Source: Catajapyx aquilonaris (taxonomy: Eukaryota). From it: DNA of 40,073 nt. Of the stretch, positions 37,001 through 40,073 are shown in pieces (position 1 is the first letter of the stretch; each line of letters starts with the position of its first letter). The notes below the pieces were generated by a model that worked only from the letters and a program-made list of their open reading frames with translations, was not told the DNA's origin and ran no database searches. A program made the translations under genes and the position numbers. The stretch is taken from contig JYFJ02000935.1 in assembly GCA_000934665.2 (NCBI GenBank), positions 62,001 through 102,073 of the forward strand, given 5' to 3'.

Positions 37001-37799
37001 GGGTGAACTAGTATTCATTGGTTGTATATTTTGATGAATTATGTTTCATATTAGAAAGTGCACAGTCGCCACTTTTTATTTTGCACACCACATTCTCCGT
37101 TATTTTTAGAGTCATTCTTGCCTTCGCTTGAATCTGCAACAGAAAAGAAGCTTTCACCCATTCATCTCAAAGTAATCCCTTACGAACGTGGTCTTCTTAC
37201 TTCCAAAACAATCCTATAATGAAGAGTCAGTGCATTTTTCTTCTTATAAAACAACCAACGTCAAACGCCCGCGCAGAAAAATCCTACATTAGTTGGGGTT
37301 TACTCATGTTTTTAAGTAAGCTTCCACTTTGCAAGTAAGCCTACTGCCAGTCCCCCCAAAATATGAATGACATAAAAATTACGCAAATGGCAAAAGCCGA
37401 CGGCCTGAATAAGGTCAGAGCTACAAGTGCGTTTGGTGCTGGCGTCTTCCGAAACATAAAATTACCCGGGCTGAGCCATTCATTCCACGCCGCGCAGTCA
37501 TAACTTCCTTTTACCACACTATGGATGTAAGGCTAGGCAAAACTGTACGGATGACGTAAAGCTGCCGTTGGTTGCATCCAAAAAAAAAAGAGTTTCTATT
37601 TTAAAAGTGCCACACTTTGGGGTGCTGTAAAAATTCGACTCGACGACTTTAAAGAGAAGCGGTGACTCTGAAGAACCAGCATGAGAATCACCTCTTGCAG
37701 TGAGGTAACGCGTTTTTCAATTCGCATCAGCTCTCGACTTAGTCCAATAAAATCATTCTGGTCGTTTTGTATGAAAATGGAAAGTTGGAAAGAAGGAGT

Positions 37800-37814
37800 G
37801 GGGGGGGGGGGGGN
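37800..37814. repeat. Poly-G tract ending in an ambiguous base
   Basis: G14 followed by N at 37814; the true length is uncertain. Confidence 0.9.
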
Positions 37815-38534
37815 CTTTCCCCAAATCCGCCCGACTTGACGCCTGATTTTTTTTTTTCAGTTCCAACCTTCCAAAAAAGAAGAGGAAAAAGTGGCAAGGA
37901 TCCGCACCAAGTCTATGCGAACCCTTACAATGCTTCCTTTTCCCCCTCTTTCGCCCTTTCCAACATGAAATGTACGAGGCACTCCCTTTTCAGGTTCGCT
38001 TCAAATCTGGGATCGGTTGAGTTGCAACTTTAATACCAGAAATTGGCCAATTCGCATTTCATCATCGTGCATTCCAAAAGGGCTGAACCATTTAGTTTCA
38101 TGCTATACTCTCTCTTTTTTTTTGCGTCGGTGCTCGACTGTTCGTGTCATTTTGTCAATGTAATTTTGAAATATTTGAAAGGTGGGCAATATCTGCTGTG
38201 CATCATTTGGATTTCTAATTAGCCCATGAGGCTAAATCCACCTGACAACATATGGTAAACCGTGCTTAATTCTAAGCTTAAACACCGCATTATCAAAAGC
38301 ACACTTTTTAAATGATTTTTGTGCACCGATACTGTACAATGTACACCATACAGGCAGTTTTTTTTCATAGTACGTTTGCGTACTTTTATGAAGTGTATAG
38401 CCTGAGGCTCAATACTTGCATATGTATGCAGTAAGCGTACTTAGTGCTTCAAAACGCGCATCCAGGTGGCCCGAATATTAGTGACATAAACTAGGTCTAC
38501 CTCTGGGCATACTTGTACGCCACTAAAAATAAAA

Positions 38535-38853
38535 TGGCTCGCTATGTAGGAAAATGGCTAACAGAAATTTCAGTTCTTCGTTCATTGTTGTTACTGTATA
38601 ATTACATGCTGTATATTGCTTACATAAGTCTAGTATAATAATTATCTTCAAGATATAATAACATATAAGTTATTTTAAAAGTTTTACATCCATCTTCCCA
38701 AGCAGGCGAGGCACATTTCCCGGCCACGCAAGAATTAAATTGCCAACGTAATATTGTGCCAGAATTAATGTACGCGTAAAGACTAGTACTTGCTGCGTCT
38801 TTATTCAAAAACTGAATTTATACCAAAAATTGCTGCAACATATTCAGCCTTAA
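38535..38853 (+). pseudogene. Possible decayed C-terminal region of a DNA-transposon protein (Sola-like)
   Basis: Fragments occur in this order: WLAM*ENG*, VILKVLHPSSQAGEAHFPATQE (from 38669), TSTCCVF (from 38782). They resemble a remembered motif series 'VA..Y...W / VKFLHP.GP...F.WP..D / TSTGR.Y'. Multiple stops and frameshifts; recognised by eye only. Confidence 0.25.
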
Positions 38854-40073
38854 TTGCTTTTTCTAATCAAATTACTGTCTGATTCTTGGACTGACTTTAA
38901 ATTTGACAGTGTTAATTGCAATCCGTTTTGCATTAATACTGTATATTCAGCTGTCGGATGGAACAAAAAAAACATACATTTATACAATAATTAATTTATG
39001 CCATAAATTGACAGTAATGTAGAGAGCATGAGTCACAAAATCACCATGCACCAAGTGTACTACTACGAGTAGCCAGCAACCGCCGTTTAACATGCTTGTC
39101 CCTGCGTGTGGAACTTTTTGCCCCTGCCGTTTATCCGTCCCGTTGAACAACAGAGCCGCATTGGTTAGCTGACATCCAGGATAAGGAGAAAAAAAATAGC
39201 CCTTCGCGTTCTCGTCTTCCTTTTTTTTACGAACCTGAAGGTATGTGCATGGTCGGATGCTCCAGCGCCCTTACAGGCCCCAAGGCCGCAAACGTGATGC
39301 TTAATGATAGGCGGAAATGCATCAAGAAGGGAGGGCTCTAGTCGTGGGAAAGTGGAGCCAGGTGGACAGGAAGTCACCTGTGCTGCCCCTTTTTCTTCAT
39401 GCCCTGATGACCCCCCCTCGGATTTTTTTTTCAGGTTCGTTACCTACCCCGCTTTTTCTTCACTAAAAAAACCTAAGCGTCTTCCGGCCACTACCTTGAC
39501 AACAATGAGGCACCGGACGTGGTCGTCTCCAACGCTTGCTAACTGCCGGACAGCCCGGTCCAAAACCTGGCTTAATCAACCGAGGGGTGCCATTTTCCGA
39601 TTCATGGCATTCCTATCACTGCCAGCACTTTATTAATAAATACCCCCTCCCTTTATTAGCGCTATTAATTACGGGGCGGACCGTGTTGATGCTGCGTGTG
39701 ACTCGAGGAAATGTAGCCCCGGTTGATAGTGCATGAAATATTATGCCCGGGACGTAATATTCCAGCCCTGCGACGCATTTTAGGGACTCAAATGGTCGGA
39801 AATCATTGCACAAGCGGCATGTGGCCGCGAAACCTCCGGTTGGAGTAACATCAGGCTTACCTTTAACCGCTATCGGGTGGGTTTCAAACGTGCGTGAACA
39901 CTCACCTAAAACAAAAGAGAAACAGGATGTCAGGTCGCTTATTCATGGACATATGACTAGAATCAACTCAAGTTTGGAACCAGGAAAGTCCTTCAGATCG
40001 AATTATAGGTGTAAAGATTGATCTTACTCAAAGTGGCTTTTGTGGACGTCCTCCGTATTACTCGAGGAAGTAC

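Noticed and set aside
1..40073. Frequent TAATCC/GGATTA (K50 homeodomain) sites
   Set aside because: A rough count of about 25 matches the chance expectation for a 6-mer on both strands.
1..40073. CRISPR array, prokaryotic operon or defence system, rRNA, snRNA, or conserved miRNA
   Set aside because: There are no regularly spaced repeats and no gene-dense ORFs. I saw no match by eye to conserved RNA sequences I remember, though an Rfam/miRBase search is needed to exclude them formally.

Overview
This 40 kb window reads as non-coding animal genomic DNA (large intron or intergenic region), probably arthropod. The arthropod guess is an inference from the SINE body and the mariner-type relics. 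There is no credible intact protein-coding gene: the ORF track contains only short ORFs (177 aa or less), and I saw no rRNA, intact tRNA, CRISPR array or operon structure. The window alternates between moderate-GC unique-looking sequence and AT-rich blocks containing decayed transposons. The best-supported features are: (1) a full-length tRNA-derived SINE (30341-30753, minus) with A/B boxes, a (TAAA)n tail and a perfect 16-bp target-site duplication; (2) a 301-bp near-perfect foldback (9578-9878) with 121-bp arms and a nested central hairpin; (3) two more perfect hairpins/palindromes (21209-21252, 23723-23782); (4) two MITE-like elements; (5) decayed mariner-HTH, THAP and Tc1-like coding relics recognised by eye; and (6) a roughly 4-fold excess of TACAGTA/TACTGTA, the canonical Tc1/mariner excision footprint. 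I found no evidence for a novel multi-gene system. The most interesting signals are structural: the foldback and the transposon-scar landscape. All protein-family assignments are from remembered motifs, not database searches.
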